A stretch of 64,000 nt of DNA from the NCBI GenBank assembly GCA_963717505.1, contig OY970342.1, positions 3,744,001 to 3,808,000 of the forward strand, read 5' to 3'. Shown piece by piece: positions 9,938 through 20,849 of this stretch; positions within the stretch are counted from its first letter, which is position 1; every line of letters starts with the position of its first letter. The notes below the pieces were generated by a model. The model did not search any database, was not told the origin of the DNA, and was given only the letters and a program-made list of their open reading frames with translations. The translations under genes and the position numbers were made by a program. This DNA comes from Candidatus Eiseniibacteriota bacterium (GTDB lineage: Bacteria; Eisenbacteria; RBG-16-71-46).

Positions 9938-10399
9938 TCAGTCGATTCCGACGAGTTCGATCTCGAAGATCAAGGTTGCGTTCGGCGGAATGCCGCCGCT
10001 GGGAGCACCCGGTTCTCCGTAGGCCAGGTTCGGCGGAACCGTCAACTTCCGGCGCCCGCCGATGCGCATTCCCTCGATGCCCTCGTCCCATCCTCGGATG
10101 ACCTGGCCTTCACCGACGACGAAGTTCATCGTCCGTCCGGTATCGAGTGAACTCTCGAACTTGGTGCCGTCGGTCAGCCAGCCGGTGTAGTGGACCCGGA
10201 CCCGCATGCCGAGCTCGGCCATGGGACCTTCTCCGACCTTGAGGTCCTCGTAGCGCAACCCGCTCGGGCGCGTGATCACGCCTGCCTCGACCTCGGCCAC
10301 CGGAGTGCCCGTTTCCGCGACTGCCTGCTCCTCGCTCCCCTTGCAGCCGGCCAGTGACGAAATCGCGGTCAGTGCGAGAAGCGGAATCCAGGCACGCAT
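9938..10399 (-). CDS. FKBP-type peptidyl-prolyl isomerase, lipoprotein
   Basis: LAGC lipobox; VHYTGWLTDGTKF, VIRGWDEG, IPPNATLIFEIEL. Confidence 0.95.
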   Translation of the reverse strand: MRAWIPLLALTAISSLAGCKGSEEQAVAETGTPVAEVEAGVITRPSGLRYEDLKVGEGPMAELGMRVRVHYTGWLTDGTKFESSLDTGRTMNFVVGEGQVIRGWDEGIEGMRIGGRRKLTVPPNLAYGEPGAPSGGIPPNATLIFEIELVGID

Positions 10400-10570
10400 G
10401 GACGGCTCCTTTCCTCGTTGAGCACGCCGGGGTCCGATCGTGCAATTCGCTCGCCGGGCACGCTGTCACAAGTCGATCGTAGGCATCAAGCCCGGTCTCG
10501 CAGACCGGGCGCGGAGCGCCCGCGGGACCCGGCATCCGGCGGTCCGCCGCTGTGCTAGACTCGCGGCCCC

Positions 10571-12535
10571 TTGCGGAAGCTCACTCGAGCGTCTCCAAAC
10601 GTGCTCTGCCTCCCCCGGCGTCTCGCGGCCCCCATCTCGATTCTTCTGATCGCGTCGTGTCCGTTCGACGCGCCGGCGGATCCTTCCTTCGGCGCCATGG
10701 ACCTGGACTCGACGTTCGCGTTTGGGGCCGCGCCCCGGCCCTTGAGTCCCATCGCGGCGCGCTCGGAGGACCTCGAGTTCGAGAACATCCGAAGTGACTC
10801 GGGGACCATCAGCCGCATCGCCTACGAGAACCGGCGGTTCCGCCACAGCATGGACGCGTTTGGTCACGTGGCCCGCGGCCGCTACAACGTCGTGGCCTAC
10901 GAACAGCGGCTGGGAATGACCGCCGCCCGGATCCAGCGAACCGCCGGACCCGAGGGGCCGCGGTTCCGCGTGAACTATCCGAGCGACCGCGGGTTCGAGG
11001 GTCCTCCCGGAGGCTGGAAGCGGAGACCGACCTATCGACGCGCCGATCTGGTCGTGGGTCCGCTGCTCGCCTACGACCTCGGCCGCATCGATCGTCCGGT
11101 TCAGGTCCAGTTCGAGACCCAGGTGGCGCTGCGCTACAACCCGTGGCCCGGTGGACTCGCGGTCGGCTCGATTCTGTTCCCGATGTACAGCGACTTCGAG
11201 CCCGACATTCTCCACCCGGATGTCGAGAACATCCGTCCGGGCCAGCTCAAGTTCGACCAGTACCTGTGGATCCCCGGGCTGGCTCTGGCGTCCGGCAGCG
11301 CCGGCGTCTATCCCGACAACCGCTACGGCACCTCGTTCGGCGTGGCGCGTCCGCTGTTCGAGGGTTCGGTGCTGCTCGACGCTCAGATCGACGTGACCGG
11401 CTTCGTCGCGTTCAACGACGTGGGCATCGAGTATTCGCCGGCCGAGCAGGTGAGCGCCTACGGCGCCGCGAGCTGGCTGCCGCCGTGGCGTGACATCACG
11501 CTGCGCGCGCGCTATGCGCGCTTTCTCTATGGGGACGAGGGCGCCGAGCTGTCGTTCCTGCGCGACTTCGGTGACTTCAGCGTGCAGTTCCTGCTCACCA
11601 AGTCGAACGATCTGACCGTCGAGACGGTACGTCTGGTGTTCCCGATTCCACCGATGACTCGAACTCCGATCGCGCCCCTGAACCCGATGCTCGTCGAGCG
11701 ATTCCCCATCTCGTTCCGCACCGACGCCACCCCGGTCGGAAAGTCCCTGGTCGGAGCGGCCTCACGCGAGGAGTACCTCCGGCAGCTGGGGCGACCGAGT
11801 CTGGTCAACAACGAGTACCGTTACCGCCGCGCCCAGGGGCCAAAACCCCCCGAGCCCGAGCCGGAACCCATCAACTGGGCCAACCACTCGGGGATGACCG
11901 GGTTCATCATCACCCCCTGGGCCGGGGTCCAGCCTGAGTCCCATATCGAGGCGGGCTATACCTATATGCCGAAGAAGTGGGCCTACAACCAGGAGGGCAC
12001 CGAGCGGGGCGTTTACCACAACGAAATCTATTACGCTTCTCTGGGACTCTTGCCGCGTTTGGAGATCGGACTCCGGATCACCCGGACCCCTGGGTACAAT
12101 CCGTTTGGCGACATCGATCTGAGTTCGCAACTGACAACCGACACGGACCATATGGCGAGCTTCAAGGTCGGGCTGCTCGAGCCCAAACCGGGGCGTCCCG
12201 GACTGGCGGTTGGGGTCGAGGACATCCAGGGGACCCGCCGGTACCACTCGGCTTATCTCGTGGCAGGCCTCCCCCACGAAATCTTTCGCGTGCAAAGTAG
12301 GTTCAGCTTAGGTTATGCTTCTCGCGTCTTCACGGCATCTCGCTATGTTCTCGATGGCGTCTTTGGCGCAATCGAAGTTTCCCCATGGCGGGCCGTGGCG
12401 GCTCGATTCGAGTACGACACCGAGAAAATCAACGTGGGGCTCGGCTTCGATCTCGGATTTGGGTTGCGCATCCGTGCGGCAGCACTCAATATGGAGTCCT
12501 TGAGTGCCGGCGTGGGATGGCACCACAAGCTGTGA
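10571..12535 (+). CDS. YjbH/GfcD-like outer-membrane beta-barrel protein with reversed domain order
   Basis: GMTGFIITP, LLPRLEIGLR, PGLAVGVEDIQGT, FGAIE and YARFLYGDEG segments resemble YjbH; amphipathic strands. Confidence 0.7.
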   Translation: MRKLTRASPNVLCLPRRLAAPISILLIASCPFDAPADPSFGAMDLDSTFAFGAAPRPLSPIAARSEDLEFENIRSDSGTISRIAYENRRFRHSMDAFGHVARGRYNVVAYEQRLGMTAARIQRTAGPEGPRFRVNYPSDRGFEGPPGGWKRRPTYRRADLVVGPLLAYDLGRIDRPVQVQFETQVALRYNPWPGGLAVGSILFPMYSDFEPDILHPDVENIRPGQLKFDQYLWIPGLALASGSAGVYPDNRYGTSFGVARPLFEGSVLLDAQIDVTGFVAFNDVGIEYSPAEQVSAYGAASWLPPWRDITLRARYARFLYGDEGAELSFLRDFGDFSVQFLLTKSNDLTVETVRLVFPIPPMTRTPIAPLNPMLVERFPISFRTDATPVGKSLVGAASREEYLRQLGRPSLVNNEYRYRRAQGPKPPEPEPEPINWANHSGMTGFIITPWAGVQPESHIEAGYTYMPKKWAYNQEGTERGVYHNEIYYASLGLLPRLEIGLRITRTPGYNPFGDIDLSSQLTTDTDHMASFKVGLLEPKPGRPGLAVGVEDIQGTRRYHSAYLVAGLPHEIFRVQSRFSLGYASRVFTASRYVLDGVFGAIEVSPWRAVAARFEYDTEKINVGLGFDLGFGLRIRAAALNMESLSAGVGWHHKL

Positions 12536-12654
12536 AGGTTTCAATTCACGGGGCATCCAGGGACGGGTGTTCAAAGAAAGCGCCAGGGAACTGGCAACAA
12601 TGCTCAGCGCCACAGGCCCTCCCTTGGCCGTGCGCGAGGAGATGGAGGACCGCG

Positions 12655-13083
12655 ATGAACTTCGATCACCGCAACCCGCGCCTTCGCCGGGGCTTCGCCT
12701 TCGTTGCGCTTGCGGCACTGCTGGGCCTTGCTGTCGTCGGGCTCTCGCAGTGTCGTCTGGTGGACGATTCGGTCACCGGAGTCGACCTGCAGGCCGAGTC
12801 CAGCGTGCACGGGCGCAACAGCTGCGTCCACGAGTGCATCAAGGACTACAAGGCTTGTCTGCGCGCTGAGAAGGCCCGTCACAAGGCGGCCCTCAAAGCG
12901 TGCGGCGGCGACGATGACGACGACGATGACGATGATGGCGGCGGACACCACAACAGCGGTAGCGACCTCTGCCGGAAGCAAGAGAACCTGCTCCACAAGG
13001 TCAAGCTGCTCGAGTGCTTCAACGCCTTCAAGGATTGCAAGAAGAACTGCTACAACGAGGGTGCCGGTTCCGGCGGACAGTAA
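12655..13083 (+). CDS. Small Cys-rich secreted/lipoprotein with poly-Asp loop, function unknown
   Basis: GGAGG RBS, hydrophobic signal ending LSQC, GC3-rich codons, downstream terminator; 142 aa. Confidence 0.8.
   Translation: MNFDHRNPRLRRGFAFVALAALLGLAVVGLSQCRLVDDSVTGVDLQAESSVHGRNSCVHECIKDYKACLRAEKARHKAALKACGGDDDDDDDDDGGGHHNSGSDLCRKQENLLHKVKLLECFNAFKDCKKNCYNEGAGSGGQ
12910..12936 (+). repeat. (GAC/GAT)9 poly-Asp tract
   Basis: Nine Asp codons with mixed GAC/GAT. Confidence 0.9.
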
Positions 13084-13129
13084 ACCCTCACCCGACCAGG
13101 CTCCTTCGGAGCTTGACGGGATACGAATC

Positions 13130-13163
13130 GCGGGACGCTCTCACGAGCGTCCCGCTTCGTTTT
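13130..13163 (+). terminator. Intrinsic terminator
   Basis: GCGGGACGCTC-TCAC-GAGCGTCCCGC followed by TTCGTTTT. Confidence 0.85.
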
Positions 13164-13236
13164 ACCCCGGAACGCGCATCGCCTATGCTCCGGGGCCGCG
13201 ATTCACACGACCATCCCTCATTCCCATGGAGCGACG

Positions 13237-13335
13237 ATGACTTCGTTCAAGCACCGCCTGCGCCGGCAACGCGCGAAGCGTGCCCAGCGCAAGAAGAAGG
13301 AACGCGCGGTCGCGCGCAAGAAGACGCGGCGCTAG
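13237..13335 (+). CDS. 32-aa highly basic peptide MTSFKHRLRRQRAKRAQRKKKERAVARKKTRR
   Basis: Below the ORF-track cutoff. GGAG RBS, TTTACC-N17-TATGCT promoter at 13161-13189, host-like codon use. Confidence 0.65.
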   Translation: MTSFKHRLRRQRAKRAQRKKKERAVARKKTRR

Positions 13336-13360
13336 TCGCGCCGGAGGGTTCGGTGGGGAA

Positions 13361-14089
13361 CTACGTGAGCTCGAGGTGCTTGAGGTCGATCGGCACGAAC
13401 AGCCCGCCCCCCTGGCCCCCGAACAAGTCCTGTCCCCGGCGCAGCGCGTCCGAGGGGACGTCCATGACCGGCAGCTCGAGCCGGTCGACCGCCGCCACCC
13501 GCGGGGTGGTCGGCAGGGAGTAGCGCTCGCTCGCGAGATAGTCCTCGAACTCGTCGAGCGTCCAGGAATAGAGCACGTCGACTTCCCAGATCAGGCTGAC
13601 TTCCTTGCCCCGGATCAGGTCCGGCGGGTCGTCCGGGGGCGCCGGCTTGAGCGATCCGACCGCGCAACAGTCGCAGCCGAACCAGAAGTCGAGCGGACCG
13701 TCGAGCACCAGGTTGCGGGCGACTCGGGCTTCGGTTGGCGCGTCCTTCCAGATGTGGCCCGAAAGCTCGGCGATCGAGAACAGGTAGCGCAGGAGCGCGC
13801 GCGGGTCGTCGGAAGCCGCCCCCCGCAGTCCGGTCGACAGCACCCTCAGGTTCCGGGCGGCCTCGAGCCGCACCCAGGGCGACCGGCGAGTGCACAGCGA
13901 GGTCAGCCCCTGGAGGGTACCGTCGAGCCGCTCGCGGACCACGCTGAGCACGTCCGCAAACGAGCCCTCTCCCTTCTCGAGGAACTCGACCGTGCGCCGC
14001 ATCGCCTGGTTGAGCGGCATGTAGGCGCCGCGCAGGGTGGACCAATCCTCGGTCAGGCGCTGCTTCGCAATGACATCCCAATCCGCCAC
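13361..14089 (-). CDS. Hypothetical protein with CDCC motif
   Basis: 242-aa ORF with AAGGAG RBS and TATACT at 14140-14145; typical codon use. Confidence 0.75.
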   Translation of the reverse strand: MADWDVIAKQRLTEDWSTLRGAYMPLNQAMRRTVEFLEKGEGSFADVLSVVRERLDGTLQGLTSLCTRRSPWVRLEAARNLRVLSTGLRGAASDDPRALLRYLFSIAELSGHIWKDAPTEARVARNLVLDGPLDFWFGCDCCAVGSLKPAPPDDPPDLIRGKEVSLIWEVDVLYSWTLDEFEDYLASERYSLPTTPRVAAVDRLELPVMDVPSDALRRGQDLFGGQGGGLFVPIDLKHLELT

Positions 14090-14183
14090 GATGGCTCCTT
14101 CCGGCCGGGGACGACCCTGCGGCCCAATGTGGAGGAGCGAGTATAGCGACGGCCTGTGGATGGCACCAGCCGCCGGCGGAACT

Positions 14184-15267
14184 TCAGCCCTCGGGGAGCG
14201 GGGCCATCGCCGGCCGCTCGACGTCGACGCTTGCCCGAGCCTCGCTCGCGGCGCGCGCGGCGTCGAGCGCGCTCTGGACGGCGACCGCGTCCGTGAAGTC
14301 GGGCGACATCGGCTGGCGATCGCGAATCGCGCGTCGCAGTTGCTCGATCAAGGCCCCGAAGGGTGCGACCAGCGCCGGGTCCCCCTCCTGTCGATCGAGC
14401 GCCAGAGCCGCGGGAATCTCCAGCTCTTCGGGTTCGCGGCCGGCCGCGATCCGCCACAGGCGGTAGCCGGTCTCGTCCCAGCGCAACGTGGCTTCGGCGC
14501 CGTGGATCTCGAAACGCTCCCAGCGGTAGGGCGCGGTCGCGTTCAGGTCGATGAGCCCGGTCGCACCCGAGTCGAACTCGTAGAGCACCGTGCACGCATC
14601 GTCGGCGGTGGCCCGGTGCCGCGCCGTCACCGGTTCCGCGCCACGGTTGATCGACGCGCACCGAGGCCTGGACGCGACGCGGCTCGCCGAAGAACAGCCG
14701 CAGGCAATCGGTGTGGTGGGAACCCAGGGCGCCGAGGATGCCGCCGCCCCGCCGTCGCTCGGAGAGCCAGGTGAGCCCGCGCGACTCCGGCCGCGGCCAG
14801 AGGGCATAGCGTCCAAGAATCTCACCGCGCCGCGGCGCGCCGATCCCGCCCTGTCGCACCAGATCGAGCGCATGCTGCCGCGCGGGAAAGAAGCGGAACT
14901 CGTGATTGATCGCCGCCACCCGACCGGCGGCCGCCGCGCGCTCGCGCATCTCGGCCGCCTGGAATCGATGGAGCGCCGTGGGTTTCTCGCACAGGACGTG
15001 CGCGCCGCGTTCGAGGGCCGCCAGCATCATCGGGTGGTGGAGATCGACCGGCGTCACGATGCTGACCAGCTCGGGCCGGAGCTGGTCGAGCATGCGCGTC
15101 CAGTCGGTGAAGCCGGCGACCGCGAGGGCGCCGGCCGCGGCGAACGTCCGCTCTGGGTCGGAGCCGGCGATGCCCACCAATTCGAATCCCGGATGGCGCC
15201 GGAAGCCCATGCCCTGGACGGTGCGCCCGAACCCGGTGCCGATGATCGCGACTCGAATCCGCTCCAC
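14184..15267 (-). CDS. Gfo/Idh/MocA oxidoreductase (one apparent frameshift near 14620)
   Basis: AIIGTGFG, HVLCEKP, GGGILGALGSH in one frame; ATADDAC..PDFTDAV in the next. Confidence 0.85.
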
Positions 15268-15353
15268 GAAACCTCCCCGCGCGCGGTCTGATATCTTGTC
15301 CGGCCGCGTCCCGGCAGCGGCCGGCCGCGCCACCCTCGCACAAGGAGACCCTG

Positions 15354-16475
15354 ATGCGCGACCCGCGCAACGCGCGCCTGGCGGACATCATCGTGAAGCA
15401 CTCGACCCAGCTCCGGCGCGGCGAGGCGATCCTGATCGAGTCCTTCGACCTGGCGGACGGACTGGTGCTCGACCTGATCGACGCGGTGCACGGCGTCGGC
15501 GGCGATTCCGCTGGTCGCCCTGCGCAGCAATGCCGTACACCGCGCCCTGCTGCGCGGCGGGAACGAGGCGTTCTATCGGCTCCTCGCCGACATCGAGCTG
15601 CACCAGATGCAGAAGGTCCAGGCCTACGTCGGGCTGCGCGCCGCGAGCAACAGCTCCGAGCTGGCCGACGTGCCGTCCGAACAGCTGGCGCTGCACTCGC
15701 GGCTGGTCGCGCATCCGGTCCATCTCGACTACCGCGTCAACCACACGCGCTGGGTCGTGCTTCGCTACCCGAACGCGGCCATGGCGCAGATGGCCGGGAT
15801 GAGCACCGACCAGTTCGAGGACTTCTACTACCGCGCGTGCACCATGGACTACGCGCGCATGGCGGCCGCCATGGTCCCGCTGCGTGAGCGCATGGAGCGC
15901 ACCGACCGGGTGCGCATCACCGGACCCGGGCACCGACCTGCAGCTTCAGCATCAAGGGGATCGGCGTGGTCCCGTGCGAGGGACGGCGCAACCTGCCCGA
16001 CGGCGAGTGCTTCACCGCGCCGGTGCGCGATTCGGTGCACGGCACGATCACCTACAACACGCCGTCGCTCTACCTGGGAACCACGTTCGAGCGACTGTCG
16101 TTCACGTTCGAGGGCGGCCGCATCGTGCGCGCCGAGGGCGATCCCCAGGACCGGCTGGAAGCCGTGCTCGACACCGACGAGGGCGCCCGCTATGTCGGCG
16201 AGTTCTCGCTCGGATTCCATCCGTTCATCCTGAAACCGATGAAGGACACCTTGTTCGACGAGAAGATCTCGGGCTCGCTCCACTTCACCCCGGGCCAGGC
16301 CTACGGCACCGCGGACAATGGCAATCGGTCCAACATCCACTGGGACCTGGTGCTGATCCAGCGACCGGAGTACGGCGGCGGCGAGATCTGGTTCGACGGC
16401 GAGCGCATCCGCAAGGAAGGCCGGTTCGTGGTTCCGGAGCTCGAAGGCCTGAACCCCGAGCGGCTCGGCGCATGA
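15354..16475 (+). CDS. M29 aminopeptidase (AmpS/AmpT-like); extra bases near 15504, 15931 and 15941
   Basis: [37 protein letters not shown] across the frames. Confidence 0.9.
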
Positions 16476-16512
16476 TCGGCGGCCGGCGGCGGCCGGCGCC
16501 GACGCCCAAACC

Positions 16513-18488
16513 ATGATTCAGCTCCACCAGGTTCGCTACTCGATCGGCCCGCGCGTCCTGTTCGATCAGGTCGATTGGGTGATCGCGCCCGGCGACCGGC
16601 ATGCGCTGGTCGGGCCGAACGGCGCCGGCAAGACCACCCTGCTCAAAATCCTGATCGGGGCGCTGCAGCCCGACGACGGCCGCCAGGTGATGACCCGCGG
16701 CACGCGCATCGGCTACCTGCCGCAGGAGGCCGCCGAGCGCTTCGACGGTACGGTGCTCGACCGCGCCATGGAAGCGTTCCGCAACCAGCTCGATCTGCGC
16801 GAGGAACTGGATGCGCTGCACAACGAGCTGGGCGGCATCACCCCCGACGATCCGCGCCTCGACGCCCTGCTCGCCCGCACCGGGCGATCTGCAGCACCAG
16901 CTCGATCTGGCGGCCGAGCATGCGCTCGAGCCCGAGGCGCGCAGCGTGCTCTCCGGACTCGGGTTCTCACGCGAGGACCAGGACCGGCCGCTCGCCGAGT
17001 TCTCGGGCGGGTGGCGCATGCGCGCCGCCCTGGCCGCACTGCTGCTCACCCACCCGACGCGTGCTGTTGCTCGACGAGCCGACCAACCATCTCGACCTGC
17101 CGGCCATGGAGTGGCTCGAGGACTACCTCGAATCGTTCGCCGGCGCACTGGTCGTGGTCTCCCACGACCGCGTGTTCCTCGATCGGGTCGCGACCCGCAT
17201 CCAGGAGCTGGACCACGAGCGCCTGACGCCCTACGCCACCTCGTTCACCGGCTACCTCGAGGAGCGCGAGCGGCGCCGCGAGCAGATCGAGGCCAAGAAC
17301 GAACAGGTCGAGCAGCGGATCGCGCAGCTCAAGCGGTTCGTCGATCGTTTCGGCGCCAAGAACACCAAGGCGGCGCAAGCTCAGAGCAAGCGCAAGATGA
17401 TCGAGCGGCTGAAGGAAGAGCATGTCGTGCTGCCGCGCTCGCCGCGCGCCATCCGGTTCTCGTTCCCCGCCCCGCCCCATGCCGGACGCCTGCTGATTCG
17501 CCTGGACGAGGCGTCGTTCGGCTACGACGCGCGCACGGTGTTCGCCGGCGCGCGCGCCGAGATCGCTCCGGGCGACAAGGTAGCAATCGTCGGCGCCAAC
17601 GGCGCCGGCAAGACCACGCTGCTCCGCGTCCTCGCCGGCCAGTTGGTCCAACGCCAGGGCGTGCGCGAGACCTGGCCGCACACCCGTCTCTCCTACTTCG
17701 CGCAGCACGCCGCCGAATCGCTCGACGGCGACGCCACCGCACTCGGCGCGCTCGAGAGCGTGGCGCCTCCGGCCTGGCGCCCACGCCTGCGCTCGCTGCT
17801 CGGCAACTTCCTGATCAGCGGCGACGACGTGTTCAAGTTCTGCCGGGTGCTATCGGGCGGCGAGCGCCAGCGGGTGGCACTGGCCAGGATCCTGCTCGAG
17901 CCTGCGAACCTGATCCTGCTCGACGAACCGACCCATCACCTGGATCTCGCGGGCAAGGAAGTGCTCGAGGAGGCGCTGGCCCAATACCCGGGGGCGGTGG
18001 TGGTGGTCACCCACGATCGATCCCTCATGTCCCGGCTCGCGACCCGGATCCTCGAGGTCCGCAACGGCCGGGTCACCCCCTACCCGGGCGGCTACGACGA
18101 CTACGAGTCGGCGCGCCTCGAGCGCGAGGTGAGAGAGCCCGACCCGGCTCCGGTGCGCGAGGAGCGTCGCAGCCCGGCGCCACCGGCGAAGGGACGGCCG
18201 GCGAAAAACGTCGGGATCGCGCGGGCGCCCGCCGGGACCTCCGTGCGCGGGAAGGCCGGTGCACGCGACTCGACCGCCGAACGCAAGCGTGATCGCGGCC
18301 GTGACCGCGAGGTGGCGCGCATCGAGAAGGAACTGGCGGAGCGCGAGACCGAAATGCGCAGCATGGAAGCCCAGCTCGCCGACCCCGAGGTCTACGCCGA
18401 CGGAACGCGGGCGCGCGACTTGGTCGGCCGCTACGAACGACTGCGCGCCGAAGTCGAGTCGCTGTGGCAGCGGCTCGGGGAGCTGTGA
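16513..18488 (+). CDS. ABC-F family ATPase (two apparent frameshifts near 16885 and 17060)
   Basis: Two ABC domains (GPNGAGKT/FSGGW/LLLDEPTNHLD and GANGAGKT/LSGGE/LLDEPTHHLD), no TM segments, C-terminal coiled coil. Confidence 0.9.
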
Positions 18489-18495
18489 GCTTCGA

Positions 18496-19799
<1,304 letters not shown>

Positions 19800-20005
19800 G
19801 CGGGCGACTCCCAGGTGCGTGCGCGCGGGCGAGCCCGCGGAACATGGCTTCAGGCGGCCCCGAAGGGCGAATCCGCTCGTCGGGAACCGCGAGAGCGGCC
19901 ACGGAGCGCGCGGAAAACCCCTGATGGATACTCCGGAACCCGCCGGTTCGCAAGTGCGCGACCGGGCGTGGGATCCCGGGCGCCGCGGGTCGCCCCGGCC
20001 AATCG

Positions 20006-20034
20006 TTGACGCCGGCACATTGCGGCCCTAACGT
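20006..20034 (+). promoter_or_regulatory. Sigma70-type leaderless promoter of the BMC gene
   Basis: TTGACG-N17-TAACGT ending 8 nt before ATG 20043; no SD sequence. Confidence 0.65.
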
Positions 20035-20042
20035 GCCGCGCC

Positions 20043-20684
20043 ATGGCCGACGTCACGCTCCGCACCTACGTGTTCCTCGACAGCCTCCAGCCGCAGCTGG
20101 CGGCGTTCATCGGCACCACCGCGCGCGGCTTCCTGCCGGTCGCGGGCGACGCCTCGATGTTCATCGAGACCGCCCCCGGCCTGATCATCAATCGCATCAC
20201 GGACGTGGCGCTCAAGGCCACCCAGTGCACGCCGGCGATCATGGTGGTCGAGCGCGCCTTCGGCTTGCTCGAGATCCACCATCGCGACAAGGGCCAGGTC
20301 CAGCTCGGCGGCCAGGCGGTGCTCGGACATCTCGGCATCGCCGAGACCGACCGCGTCCAGCCGCGCGTCGTCTCGGACCAGGTCATCCGCGCGGTCGAGC
20401 CCTACCACGCCCAGGTCATCAACAAGAGCCGCTACGGCGACATGCTGATCGCCGGCGAGTCGCTGCTGATCCTCGAGACCGAGCCGGCCGGCTACATCGC
20501 ATTCGCCGCCAACGAGGCGCTCAAGGCGGCGCGGGTCAAGCTGATCGACGCCTCGCTGTTCGGCGCCTACGGGCGTCTCTACCTCTCGGGCCCGGAAGCG
20601 CAGATCGATGCGGCGCGTGACGCGGCGCTCAGCGGGCTGAGAACCGTGCGCGGCCGCGAAGCGTCACGGTCTTCCTCGGCCTAG
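20043..20684 (+). CDS. Bacterial microcompartment shell protein, tandem-domain BMC-T (CcmP/CsoS1D-like)
   Basis: LRTYVFLDSLQPQLAAF, VVERAFGLLEIH, LLILETEPAGY..AANEA, GAYGRLYLSG. Confidence 0.92.
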   Translation: MADVTLRTYVFLDSLQPQLAAFIGTTARGFLPVAGDASMFIETAPGLIINRITDVALKATQCTPAIMVVERAFGLLEIHHRDKGQVQLGGQAVLGHLGIAETDRVQPRVVSDQVIRAVEPYHAQVINKSRYGDMLIAGESLLILETEPAGYIAFAANEALKAARVKLIDASLFGAYGRLYLSGPEAQIDAARDAALSGLRTVRGREASRSSSA

Positions 20685-20849
20685 CCCTACTGGTTGAGGG
20701 TGGCACGCGGGATCGATCGCGACTCCGGCTCCCGTGCAGGCAATCTCGCCCGGGCGCGCGAGGCCGAAGCGGTGCACCTTCGGATACCTGTCTCAACCGG
20801 AGAAGCATTCCCCCGCAAGGGCCACTCACCAGAGTCTCGTTCGCATCCG

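Noticed and set aside
20701-20716. Other TGGCAC sigma54-like hits (2699, 20701, 29222)
   Set aside because: The -12 GC is missing or mis-spaced, and no suitably oriented gene follows.
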